From IMG/VR virus record IMGVR_UViG_3300012147_001294: DNA of 64,000 bases; one strand, written 5' to 3'. The notes below the pieces were generated by a model. It was not told where the DNA came from and searched no databases. It saw nothing but the letters and a program-made list of their open reading frames with translations. Both the position numbers and the translations under genes were made by a program. The DNA is from an uncultured virus (IMG/VR IMGVR_UViG_3300012147_001294) (Duplodnaviria; Heunggongvirae; Uroviricota; Caudoviricetes). Below are positions 27,723-38,136 of this stretch, one piece after another. Every line of letters starts with the position of its first letter. Position 1 is the stretch's first letter.

Positions 27723-27730
27723 TATAAATA
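27723..27730 (-). promoter_or_regulatory. putative late promoter TATTTATA
   Basis: Recurrent motif upstream of the ATG at 27701. Confidence 0.6.
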
Positions 27731-27760
27731 TATTGTATTTACCGTTTTGGTTAATTATTG

Positions 27761-29905
27761 TTAAAAGTCCATACTAATTTCAAGCATTATTGTGTTGTTA
27801 CCAATTAACGAAACTGGGTTTGATAGTTTACCAATACAAACAAGTGTATTAGTAGAATCATAAACCCCTACTTCCGATATTTTAATATTCGGTGGGTTTG
27901 TCAAAGGGTTTTTACTCCTAGTTGGATTACTAGTTGTATTGAATTCACTTCCATTTACTCGTATATCAAAAATCGTTTTATAGATTGTGGCCCCAATATG
28001 TGTTGTTAAATTCCCGTAAAAGAATTTTTCATCACCAAATTGTAAATAATCTGGTTCTGTGTTTGGTGGTAAGTTTAGTTTTTCAATAATACTAAATGGA
28101 ATGGCTGTATCATTCTTGGTAGAATCTAAAACAAATCCAGTAATTAACGGGTTTTGATTCTCTAATAATATAGGGTCAATAAATTCTCCAGCCCCAACAG
28201 TTATTGCATTAGAAGTGAAATCAACTTCACTCCATTGCGTAGGGTCTGGTCTATCATTAGCATTTTGAACAATTTGATAAATAAATTTGAATTTATTTGC
28301 ATAGAAACCTAAACCGTCTGATGATGTTTCTTTTTTACGCATATATGGTAACAAATCAATTTCACTAATTTTAAATGAAACGTTCTTACTTGATGCGGTG
28401 TTGTTAGTTACTTTAGTGTATTTTTGACAAGGCATTGCTGTCAATAAACCAGAATTATCTGAATTTTCTAAAATATATGTCATATACATTGTTTGAGTAC
28501 TGCCAAGAACACCAGTATTTATCCCAGTTGATGGAGATTCTAAATTTGCACTCAATTCTGGTAATGTCCAATTTCTATTTGATTTATATGAATTGGCCAT
28601 AACGATTTCATCATCATGAATTACACAAGTTTTAAGTTGTGGGTAAATTCGACCAATAACCAAAGGTGTAGCCGATGTTGGAATAAGTGATGGTTTTTCT
28701 ATTAAATCGATGTACTCAATATCAGAATTAGGTATCAATTTAGTTGGACCAGTAGCAACGAAGGTCATTCCCATCGTAGTACCTGTGCTTCCAATAGCTC
28801 TGTGGTACATTAGGGTTGGCATATATAAACTCAAATATTTACCGTTTGGTACGTCAGTATAGAAAAATTCACCATATAAATTAGAAATCGAATTATTAGT
28901 ATAATGTATTATAGAAATCGATTTATTTGTATTATCTAAATAACTACTAGTGGTTAAATCACAATTAGTAGGTGTTGAAGAATCTTCTGTAGAACTAGCG
29001 AAATATTCCAAATACGGTCTTTTAGTCCCTAAGTATTTATAAGAACCAAACTTAGTGAAATCTTCAAATAAATTTGTTGACGTTAAACCCGTAACACCAG
29101 CTAAGTTTTCACTCCATACATTATTCATATTCCAAACTGGAATATCGCTACAATTAATATTGATATTTGAATTAAAAGACAATGTTCCAGAATCCCATTG
29201 TGCTGTTGTTGTTTCACTATTTGATACTTCATGGACTTCACCACCTTTATAGAAAACCAATACTGACTCTGCTGTATCGTTCTCCATATTTGGTAGGTTT
29301 CTATCAAGCCCAATTGTTAACTCTCCACCACTAGTTGATGTTGATTGTACTTTAAACCAAAGATTTGGTAAAGCTCTTAAGTTTTCTAATGTGTTAACAT
29401 TACCTGTTGTTTCGTTACCCAATTTTAATAGCAATAAATCACCAGTGTTAATTGTGTTTCCAGCCGTTACTGGAAATACAATATTCATAGTTCCATCGAT
29501 GGTCGAATTATTTACTATAATTGAATCTTGGTAATAATCAATTACCGTTAAAGTGCTAACATCTAAATCACCAACTCGAATAAAGAACCCTCTTTCCTTT
29601 GCTTGGTTGTTTACCACCGCTTTAACTACACTCATCACTGAACTATTAATTTCTTGAAACGGTACGGATGTACCTCTAGTTATAAATGATTTGATGTTCG
29701 GTTGTCTATCAAAAGGTTTTAACACCATACTAGAACCTAACATACCTTCATTCCCATCTATAATCGATTCTCTACTGTAGTTAATTTCAGAATCACCAAT
29801 AACCCAAGATTTAAAATTTAAATTTCCTAAAGCTAATTTTTCACGACCCTTTTCTGTTAGTTTTATACTAACGAACGGTGATGTTGATTTAATAATATAT
29901 GACAT
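27761..29905 (-). CDS. tail/baseplate structural protein
   Basis: KLTEKGR N-terminus, GDSEINY, ISEVGVYD...LVCIGK C-terminus. Confidence 0.65.
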   Translation of the reverse strand: MSYIIKSTSPFVSIKLTEKGREKLALGNLNFKSWVIGDSEINYSRESIIDGNEGMLGSSMVLKPFDRQPNIKSFITRGTSVPFQEINSSVMSVVKAVVNNQAKERGFFIRVGDLDVSTLTVIDYYQDSIIVNNSTIDGTMNIVFPVTAGNTINTGDLLLLKLGNETTGNVNTLENLRALPNLWFKVQSTSTSGGELTIGLDRNLPNMENDTAESVLVFYKGGEVHEVSNSETTTAQWDSGTLSFNSNININCSDIPVWNMNNVWSENLAGVTGLTSTNLFEDFTKFGSYKYLGTKRPYLEYFASSTEDSSTPTNCDLTTSSYLDNTNKSISIIHYTNNSISNLYGEFFYTDVPNGKYLSLYMPTLMYHRAIGSTGTTMGMTFVATGPTKLIPNSDIEYIDLIEKPSLIPTSATPLVIGRIYPQLKTCVIHDDEIVMANSYKSNRNWTLPELSANLESPSTGINTGVLGSTQTMYMTYILENSDNSGLLTAMPCQKYTKVTNNTASSKNVSFKISEIDLLPYMRKKETSSDGLGFYANKFKFIYQIVQNANDRPDPTQWSEVDFTSNAITVGAGEFIDPILLENQNPLITGFVLDSTKNDTAIPFSIIEKLNLPPNTEPDYLQFGDEKFFYGNLTTHIGATIYKTIFDIRVNGSEFNTTSNPTRSKNPLTNPPNIKISEVGVYDSTNTLVCIGKLSNPVSLIGNNTIMLEISMDF

Positions 29906-29943
29906 AATTTTGTTTGTTTTAATTTATTTTTATAAGACCTTTT

Positions 29944-29970
29944 GGTTATCATGGTTATCATGGTTATCAT
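29944..29970. repeat. 9-nt tandem repeat GGTTATCAT x3
   Basis: Seen directly in an intergenic leader. Confidence 0.9.
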
Positions 29971-29998
29971 AGTCATAAATATTCAATAGTAAATAATT

Positions 29999-31417
29999 TT
30001 AATATGAATTTATCGAATTAGTGGCAATAACTATTGAAATAATCTCACTCACGATTGAATCGTCAATTATTTCACCACAAATCGTTTCATATCTTTTATT
30101 GTTAATTACTCTATAATATAACTTGGTACCAAATTGCCCTTGAAGGTCAAAAACATGACTATAATAATTTGAACCGATAACATACTCAGTTTCCCCACTA
30201 TAATGTATGTTAGAAAATTCTTTGTCTAACGCTACTTCAAGTATAAAAAAACCATTAATTTTTGATGGTGCTTTATCTATTTTCCACGTTATTTCTGGTG
30301 TCCTAGTAGACAAACCCATTGACACGCCAGTATTAGGGTAATAAATCATCGTAACTATATCACCAAAAAGTAAATCCCCATTAAAAATTAGTCTATTTGG
30401 GTTTGTTATTGATTTATAGTAATCTAAGTTTTCAGCTAGCGTAACACCATTCAAAATCACCATTACGCTACCGTTTGAATTAATTGATGTATATATTTCA
30501 TATTTTTCACTAGTAGTGTTGAAATATACTAACTCAAATCCTTGATTATCCGTAATACCACTCAATATTGGTGACTCAATAACTATGGAATCACTAACTA
30601 GTTTAATTCCACCTACTGATGAATAGACAATTGAGATAATATCATCTGGGTATGTTGGTTCATTCAGTGTAATCAAGTTGTCGCTATAGCTATAATCATA
30701 ACCTAAAGATAAAACCAACCCATTTAATGTAACTATAAATTGACTACTAAGACCAGTTTGACTTAAAAATTGTGTTTGACCATCCGTTGGGATGAAAACT
30801 TGTTGGGTTAATCCACCAATTTGCGGTGAATCACTATTATTTTGCGTAAATAGTGGTATTTGAGCTTGATTTATTGCCGCAAAATAGTAATCGTATTCGC
30901 TGTTATAAATTCCGTACTCTTTTCCATGTATATAGCTTCTTGTATCAACAGTTTTACCTATTTTTTTCAGAAAATCAGTGTGATTTTCAAAACGATAATA
31001 ACCTTTTATTAGATATTCTCCATCGATACCTAATTTATCAATGGGGATATCATCGGATAGTGTATTTAGCGAGGTAAAAGAGTCTTGTTCAAACTCAATT
31101 GATTTATAAACTGGTGTTGCAGAAAATTCATTTAATAAATCTGAATACTTGTAGACCTCATACCTAAACTTAGCGTTTGTATCAATAATACTATCGAAAT
31201 TGTTTGTTATATTAAAATTAATGGAGATTGTAGTTAAAGTAGGGTTTAATATGTGAATACCACCCGTAACACTACCACCACAATTAATTTTAATTGCGTT
31301 GTCCATATTATAGATAGGTGTTTCGAATATATACATATCCGAACTCATATTTACGTTTGATGTAGTTCTATTTGTATAAATACCACTATTGGTATATATT
31401 GGTTCTTGATATCTCAT
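29999..31417 (-). CDS. virion structural protein
   Basis: Two V.LNG..L....DY beta-rich repeats; structural module. Confidence 0.6.
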   Translation of the reverse strand: MRYQEPIYTNSGIYTNRTTSNVNMSSDMYIFETPIYNMDNAIKINCGGSVTGGIHILNPTLTTISINFNITNNFDSIIDTNAKFRYEVYKYSDLLNEFSATPVYKSIEFEQDSFTSLNTLSDDIPIDKLGIDGEYLIKGYYRFENHTDFLKKIGKTVDTRSYIHGKEYGIYNSEYDYYFAAINQAQIPLFTQNNSDSPQIGGLTQQVFIPTDGQTQFLSQTGLSSQFIVTLNGLVLSLGYDYSYSDNLITLNEPTYPDDIISIVYSSVGGIKLVSDSIVIESPILSGITDNQGFELVYFNTTSEKYEIYTSINSNGSVMVILNGVTLAENLDYYKSITNPNRLIFNGDLLFGDIVTMIYYPNTGVSMGLSTRTPEITWKIDKAPSKINGFFILEVALDKEFSNIHYSGETEYVIGSNYYSHVFDLQGQFGTKLYYRVINNKRYETICGEIIDDSIVSEIISIVIATNSINSY

Positions 31418-31659
31418 TAGTAATTCATTTCAATTATTATCATCTCTAAGTTCTTTTCGTTCGGTAAACCGAAAATTACAGGTGTATTAATCGCACTAGT
31501 TTTTTCAGTATTTCTTAGGTCTTGTAAAACACCCATAAAACCAGAAATGTTGATGAGGATACCATCTTGTAACTCCCCAGTAATACCTGTTAAATAATTT
31601 GTGTTCGTAACCACATGATTTAAAATATTACCCTCTATTCTATTAACTAATTTAGCCAT
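31417..31659 (-). CDS. hypothetical protein
   Basis: 80-aa ORF with stop/start overlap. Confidence 0.6.
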   Translation of the reverse strand: MAKLVNRIEGNILNHVVTNTNYLTGITGELQDGILINISGFMGVLQDLRNTEKTSAINTPVIFGLPNEKNLEMIIIEMNY

Positions 31660-31680
31660 TATACTTATTTTTTTTATGTT

Positions 31681-32283
<603 letters not shown>

Positions 32284-34035
32284 CTACGGACATTCGTCTA
32301 TAAAAGTATCTAATAAATTACCTAAACATTCATTTACTAAATTTAAATTATTTAACACTAGATTACAACCACTACTAGGTCTAGCTTCAACACAAGAAAA
32401 TAAAGTACTTTGTTTATAAGTAAATTTTTGTTGGTCAAAAATAGTGTTACCGTAAATTTTAACACTACCCCAAATTGTCGTTGATGGAATAACTTGTTCT
32501 ATTAAGTCCACCCAATAGTCACCCATTAGTTTAGCAAACTCTTCTATTGTATAATAATTAAAACCAGAAGTAATTACACCACATTCGTTGTTGTTATTAT
32601 ACCTATCGTAAAGTGTTCTTAGTGTTGCATAAGAATTAATTGTTTGCCTATTTTTTACATCAATCAATTCTTTACTAAAAAATTCTCTTATTTTACTAAG
32701 ACTTTGTTCTTCGTCAAAGTTAATAGAAACTAAATTGTTAAAGTCAACGTAATCACCACAACCCTTGTTAGAAACCTCATTGTTACAAGTATCTGTACTA
32801 ATTTCTGGATTTAAAATACATGGGTTATTTAAAATGGATTTCCATACATCATACTCAATTGCTTTCGCAATGTTAATATCTAAATCAATTTCCTTTGAGT
32901 TAATAATTAACCTATCGTCTGGAACCACATAATCAGTTATTCTAATAACTTCAGTATTGTTTACATTTTTAATCTCAAATTCTCTATCATCCGAACTACC
33001 GTCTACCCAAGATTTCTTGTTGTCAATTACCCTAGTTAAATTAAATCCAGGTGATTCTGTAATCAAAATATCTTCACGCTCAACTTGAACACATTCTTTA
33101 TTAATTGAAATGTTATCAATCAAAACACAAAATTCGCCATAACTATCATTTAACGTTAAGGATAATTTAATTTTCTTATTTTCTATCCTACGAATAACCG
33201 CTTGGTCAGTAATTAAAGTACTATGGTTCAACCAAGTAGACCCCATTATTGTAGATGCTAATGATTTATTAAAAACTGATTCACCGTTTGATTGAGTAAC
33301 TAACCCAGATTCATCAAATAATTCTCGTAATATGATTAGTTTTACTACCGAACAAACATTTGGGTTTGAGTCCTCAATAGTAGTTTCGCCAGTAAATGTT
33401 AATTCATTAAAAATAATAGATTGCGTACTATTGGTTGGTGAAATAAAAAAACCACTATTATTAGGGTGAATCGTAAGGTAATCATACATGTTACCAGAAC
33501 CAATTTTGCTAAAAACAGAACTTGAGTCAACTGAAACTAAATCATCGTTTTCTATAATCTCAAGCGACATTGTTAAGTTTATTGATTCTAATATACGTAA
33601 TATTGACCTAGGGAGTGATTGATTACGAACTAAATTATTTAAACTTTCACATTTTAATTTAAATAAGTAATCAAAATCAATTCTCAATGAACAGTTATCG
33701 TTAATATCAGATGAATACAATGTTCCATCTTCCTCTTTTGTGTTTAATATTATTTTAATTTGTTCTGGAACAGCACATTCTACTTCTGGTTCTTCTTTTG
33801 TTTTCCACATACACGTTTGTGCATCTAAATCGTAATGGAGCACACCTTTGACAAGTTCTGAACCATTTAAGAATAAACAACATTCTTCGGAAACAACTCT
33901 AGGTGTTAATATACCATCACCATTTGGTAAATAAATTGATATCGACCCATTTGGGTTATAAACCAAATACTCACCACGGTTTTCCATAACAGTAGACCAT
34001 AAATCATCACACCAATTTTTTCCCCCTTCAATCAT
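32284..34035 (-). CDS. Cys-rich structural protein
   Basis: 583 aa in the baseplate/tail module; WVDLIEQVIPSTTIW. Confidence 0.65.
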   Translation of the reverse strand: MIEGGKNWCDDLWSTVMENRGEYLVYNPNGSISIYLPNGDGILTPRVVSEECCLFLNGSELVKGVLHYDLDAQTCMWKTKEEPEVECAVPEQIKIILNTKEEDGTLYSSDINDNCSLRIDFDYLFKLKCESLNNLVRNQSLPRSILRILESINLTMSLEIIENDDLVSVDSSSVFSKIGSGNMYDYLTIHPNNSGFFISPTNSTQSIIFNELTFTGETTIEDSNPNVCSVVKLIILRELFDESGLVTQSNGESVFNKSLASTIMGSTWLNHSTLITDQAVIRRIENKKIKLSLTLNDSYGEFCVLIDNISINKECVQVEREDILITESPGFNLTRVIDNKKSWVDGSSDDREFEIKNVNNTEVIRITDYVVPDDRLIINSKEIDLDINIAKAIEYDVWKSILNNPCILNPEISTDTCNNEVSNKGCGDYVDFNNLVSINFDEEQSLSKIREFFSKELIDVKNRQTINSYATLRTLYDRYNNNNECGVITSGFNYYTIEEFAKLMGDYWVDLIEQVIPSTTIWGSVKIYGNTIFDQQKFTYKQSTLFSCVEARPSSGCNLVLNNLNLVNECLGNLLDTFIDECP

Positions 34036-34063
34036 TTTATTTATTTATTTATTTATTTATTTA
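34036..34063. repeat. (TTTA)7 microsatellite
   Basis: Seven perfect copies abutting the ATG at 34035. Confidence 0.9.
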
Positions 34064-34096
34064 TTTTATTATGGTGCACAATAATAATTACCATTA

Positions 34097-34124
34097 GGTC
34101 AAATACCGCCAGTAAATGGTGGTG
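34097..34124. repeat. 28-nt perfect inverted copy of 22876-22903 (dda motif III)
   Basis: GGTCAAATACCGCCAGTAAATGGTGGTG is the reverse complement of CACCACCATTTACTGGCGGTATTTGACC. Confidence 0.95.
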
Positions 34125-34125
34125 G

Positions 34126-37100
34126 TTATTCTAGACAATGGCTTATATCAAAATCACCATTAGGTCCCTCACAACCTCTTGGTGGTGGTTCTGTTTCTGT
34201 ACAACAATTGTTAGTATTTACTTCTATTGTTCCATTACCGTTAGGCTCATCTATTGTTCCATTACCGTTACGCTCATCTAATGCTATCGCAACACCTTGT
34301 GGACGAGCTGATACACAAACAGTTTCATCAAGTAAAACAAATATAGATTCCGCTACATCCTGTCCACATCTATAGACAGTAAATCTAGTCCCAAAAGGTT
34401 GTGTTTGGGTTGGGTCTGCTATTGGAATAGAAGTTAAATCGTAACATACACAATTTGGTTCTACTGGTTGTGTTCCTGTTACTTCCCAAGCACAAGTTGT
34501 ATCGTTAAAGCTTCTAGTTTCCCAACTGTCTAATGCAGTTGTTGGTTCTACTGGTTGTGTTCCTGTTACTTCCCAAGCACAAGTTGTATCGTTAAACCCT
34601 CTAGTTTCCCAACATTCTAATGCAGTTGTTGGTTCTACTGGTTGTGTTCCTGTTACTTCCCAAGCACAAGTTGTATTATTGAATATTGCTGTTTCGTAAC
34701 AAGCTGTTGTTGGTTCTACTGGTTGAGCTTGCTCTGTAACGGTTACTGTTGCCGTTGCATTTACACAAGGAGCGACTCCAGTGACTGTATAGGTATAAAC
34801 CAATCCAACATTACTCCACGTGCCACCAGATGCTGGTGTTCCTAACAATGCTGCAAATAAATCTGCATTTGTTGGGGTAGTTCCTACACAAACTACCCCA
34901 ACTGTTAGTGTTCCGTTTGTCCCTGCATTTGGTTGGACCACACAACCAATTTCTGGGTCTGGTATTACTATACAACAATTGTTAATACTTAGTCCTATCT
35001 CTGCACCACCATTAACACTAATAACTGGTGACGATAAACAAACATTAATACTTTGACCAAATTCAATAGCCATAACCTCCGCTACATCCTCTCCACATCT
35101 AGTGAAAGTAAATATTCTACCAGAAATTAGTGGTTCGTCCTGACCCTCAGTCGGAGTTAAAGTGTAACATAAACAACTTGGTTCTACTGGTTGAGGTGGT
35201 TGAAAAGTAAAATCACAACAATCAGTTGAACGCCTTCTAATTTCGTATTCGGTTCTTAATAAGTCAATATTTTCAGTAAAACCATCAGATGGTATAATTA
35301 TTCTACACCCAATACCTATAACTCCAGTAGTTGGGTCGGTTACACCAGACTCTGCAACAGACCATAATGGTGGACAAAATGAATTATTAGGCACAAGAAT
35401 TGTCTCAATTCTAAACCCAGAATTATCTACAATATCAGTTATAAAAATTAAAAATTCGCTACCTATATTTATTTCATCAGAAAGTAACCACCCACATTGA
35501 CAACCTGTTACTTGTGGTGGTTGAAAAGTAAAATCACAACAATCAGGTAAACTACTTCGTCTTTCGTATTCGATTCTTAATAAGGCAATATTTTCAGTAA
35601 AACCATCAGATGGTATAGTTATTCGACAAGCAATACCTGTAAATCCAGTGCTTGGTTCGGTTACATCAACTTCCGCATTAGACCATAATAGTGGACAAAA
35701 TGAATTATTAGGTACAAGAATTGTCTCAATCCCAGAATTATCTACGAAAACTAAAAAGTCGTTATACGTATTTATTTTATCAGAAAGTAACCAACCACAT
35801 TTACAATCCACTTGAACGTTACAGTTTGGTCCAGTGCAACAAATGTAGCCGTTTATTCTTTCATCGGTTACTTGATTATAATATTCAACTAATGTGGGTA
35901 AACCACCCAAAAATTCACAACACGCTCTATCAATGAAATTAGTTACGAACGGGACTACAGCACCATTAACCATAAAAATAGACCCATCAGAATTGTATTG
36001 ATATTTTTCAAAAACATACATGTCCGTATCGGTATTATTTGTTGGGGGGCTAACTAAGTTATCACAAAGTAAGGTTGGTTCAACAAGCCTAAGTGTCGCT
36101 TTGATACAAATACTTAAAGCGTCATCACTAAGACCAGTAGGGCAGCCACATAAGTCCAAATTCTCCTCTGATATTGGGTCGGAAACTATTTCTATAATAA
36201 CCTCCGTACAATCAGTTAACTCACTTCCATCAACGTTAACAACATTGACAAACGTTTCGCCACTATATCCAGTTATCTCACCCATAGAATAATTCAAGAA
36301 TAAATTAGTTGTTTCCGTTGAAGATGTTTCACCACTAATCGTAACAGCCGAAAAATTAGGTATTAAATTTTTTAATTGATTAATGTATGTACTCCCACCA
36401 TCGTAAGGACCTGAATGTGGGTTATTACCAGATGAAATATCTATAGTAGAACCACTACCGCCAGTTTCTCTATACCATAAACCTTTATTCTGAAAATATA
36501 AGTCTGGTGTATTACTTGAAAAGAAAGGAAAGCCTTCAGAATCAATAGGATAAAAACTTAACTCTGTATCTAACCCATTTAATTCTAAGACTTTACTAAA
36601 AATTTCTAAATCTAATGGTTTATCTACAACATAGACATATTCGTTAAATTCGATTAATCCTTGCGGTGCTCCAATAAATTTTAATAGAAATTCAATTGTT
36701 TTTCTAGTACCTTTTGATTTCCAAATCCAAGGCGTATTTAATATAATCCTTCTCCAAAGTTCAATGTCTGCATCTACTGGTGATAAGCCAACTGATTCAC
36801 CCCCGTATTGTTTGTCTGATGTCGCAATATAGTTAGTCAGTAAGTTATTATCTAATACAGGTGCAACCAATTCCCACCCTAAAACCTTTGCTAGGGTCTT
36901 TAAGTATTTATCTGGTGTATTATCTAATTTATTATAAGTTACTGTATTAGCAAATGAAATACCAGTAATAAATTTATTTATTTCATCAAAACTAACCCCA
37001 TATATTTGTAGCGTTTTATTAACTTTTTGTCCTGAAGTATCAATGTGTTCTTCAGCTAAATGAACGGGTACCGTGTCAAAAGCTGATATAGATTCTGACA

Positions 37101-38130
37101 CTAAAAACCTAGTCATTAAATTACTATTAATTGAATCACTATTTTCTGCAATATTAAATAATTTTGAAGCGAAAGAAATGTACTCAGTACTATCGTAATC
37201 AATATTATACCCATCGGTAACTGGCCATGTTAAAGATTCATTAGAATAAATAACCAAACCACTATCGGTTCTCTTTGGGGTATTAAAGTAAGATTTATAT
37301 TTTGGAAACGAATATCTATTTAATAAATAGCCATTAAATTCACTTAAATCGTTGTAAAATAACCCTTCAATTAATTTATTAGGTTTTATATGGTAACTAA
37401 TTTTAGTGCTTTTGTCCTTCAATACATCACCTTTTACTGTTAAAGACAAAAAATCTGAAGAAACATTATTTGAACCAACAAACCCAATAATGGGAAATTC
37501 AACACCATTAACCAGTATCACATAAGACCTATAATTACTTACTAAATTCCTTAAATCATTAGTCTCACTAAATGTTTCGACAATAGACCCACTTTTTAAG
37601 TAATTTATTATAAATTTATTTGTTATTAAATTAGTATTTACTAAAAAAGTAGAAGTATCGGTGATGTTATCATACAAATAGTCACCCATAGTATCTAGAT
37701 TCTCAACTAAACCAAGAGTGTTTGTATTTAAAGAAGTTACATATAATGAAGCTGGCCATTTAGTGATTACTTCTTCTAAATTCACTCTAATAAATTCAGT
37801 TAAAGAACCAAATAAAGCATAATATTTTAATTTAGTTTTATCTAAGTTTAAATAAGTTCCAGTATTATTAGCCAGTAACATTTTTGTCTGTTCTTCAGTT
37901 ACGTCTAATGTAGATAAAGAATAAAAATCAGAAAATTTATCCACATTAAAAATTTTCGTATTTTTAGCTTCCATGTTTGTGGTAATAGAAAAATTACCCA
38001 TAGTAAACAATGGGGTACCACCATCACTAGTTAGTTGTAAACCAACTAAGTCTGGTGTAAAATTTCTATATTCAATGTTACCGTTATATACATGTTTTTT
38101 TACATACCCAACAGCTTTAAATTTCTCCAT
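34126..38130 (-). CDS. large baseplate/tail protein with Cys-rich and adhesin-like repeats
   Basis: LAKVLGWE...WKSKGTRKTIEFLL (P2 gpI/gp7-like baseplate motif); duplicated Cys-rich domains in the C-terminal half. Confidence 0.7.
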   Translation of the reverse strand: MEKFKAVGYVKKHVYNGNIEYRNFTPDLVGLQLTSDGGTPLFTMGNFSITTNMEAKNTKIFNVDKFSDFYSLSTLDVTEEQTKMLLANNTGTYLNLDKTKLKYYALFGSLTEFIRVNLEEVITKWPASLYVTSLNTNTLGLVENLDTMGDYLYDNITDTSTFLVNTNLITNKFIINYLKSGSIVETFSETNDLRNLVSNYRSYVILVNGVEFPIIGFVGSNNVSSDFLSLTVKGDVLKDKSTKISYHIKPNKLIEGLFYNDLSEFNGYLLNRYSFPKYKSYFNTPKRTDSGLVIYSNESLTWPVTDGYNIDYDSTEYISFASKLFNIAENSDSINSNLMTRFLVSESISAFDTVPVHLAEEHIDTSGQKVNKTLQIYGVSFDEINKFITGISFANTVTYNKLDNTPDKYLKTLAKVLGWELVAPVLDNNLLTNYIATSDKQYGGESVGLSPVDADIELWRRIILNTPWIWKSKGTRKTIEFLLKFIGAPQGLIEFNEYVYVVDKPLDLEIFSKVLELNGLDTELSFYPIDSEGFPFFSSNTPDLYFQNKGLWYRETGGSGSTIDISSGNNPHSGPYDGGSTYINQLKNLIPNFSAVTISGETSSTETTNLFLNYSMGEITGYSGETFVNVVNVDGSELTDCTEVIIEIVSDPISEENLDLCGCPTGLSDDALSICIKATLRLVEPTLLCDNLVSPPTNNTDTDMYVFEKYQYNSDGSIFMVNGAVVPFVTNFIDRACCEFLGGLPTLVEYYNQVTDERINGYICCTGPNCNVQVDCKCGWLLSDKINTYNDFLVFVDNSGIETILVPNNSFCPLLWSNAEVDVTEPSTGFTGIACRITIPSDGFTENIALLRIEYERRSSLPDCCDFTFQPPQVTGCQCGWLLSDEINIGSEFLIFITDIVDNSGFRIETILVPNNSFCPPLWSVAESGVTDPTTGVIGIGCRIIIPSDGFTENIDLLRTEYEIRRRSTDCCDFTFQPPQPVEPSCLCYTLTPTEGQDEPLISGRIFTFTRCGEDVAEVMAIEFGQSINVCLSSPVISVNGGAEIGLSINNCCIVIPDPEIGCVVQPNAGTNGTLTVGVVCVGTTPTNADLFAALLGTPASGGTWSNVGLVYTYTVTGVAPCVNATATVTVTEQAQPVEPTTACYETAIFNNTTCAWEVTGTQPVEPTTALECWETRGFNDTTCAWEVTGTQPVEPTTALDSWETRSFNDTTCAWEVTGTQPVEPNCVCYDLTSIPIADPTQTQPFGTRFTVYRCGQDVAESIFVLLDETVCVSARPQGVAIALDERNGNGTIDEPNGNGTIEVNTNNCCTETEPPPRGCEGPNGDFDISHCLE
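34457..34725 (-). repeat. coding tandem repeats (87, 87, 81 nt; QPVEPTT..C.ET..FN.TTCAWEVTGT)
   Basis: Near-identical DNA units starting at 34457, 34544, 34631, 34712. Confidence 0.9.
35191..35806 (-). repeat. tandem duplication of a ~100-aa Cys-rich domain
   Basis: C.CGWLLSD...ETILVPNNSFCP..WS...IPSDGFTENI...DCCDFTFQPPQ occurs twice. Confidence 0.9.
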
Positions 38131-38136
38131 TTATTT

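Noticed and set aside
29944..29976. MTMIT peptide suggesting lacZ vector contamination
   Set aside because: It arises from the 9-nt tandem repeat, and the flanks are AT-rich phage sequence
31660..31680. Further in-frame continuation from 31681 into the 31417..31659 ORF
   Set aside because: The 21-nt A-rich gap looks like an ordinary leader, and being in frame can easily be chance
34457..34725. Regular repeats resembling a CRISPR array
   Set aside because: The units are in-frame coding repeats with near-identical interiors, no unique spacers and no cas genes
35191..35806. Diversity-generating retroelement template/variable repeat pair
   Set aside because: Both copies are in frame in one gene, they differ by indels and non-adenine changes, and there is no reverse transcriptase in the window
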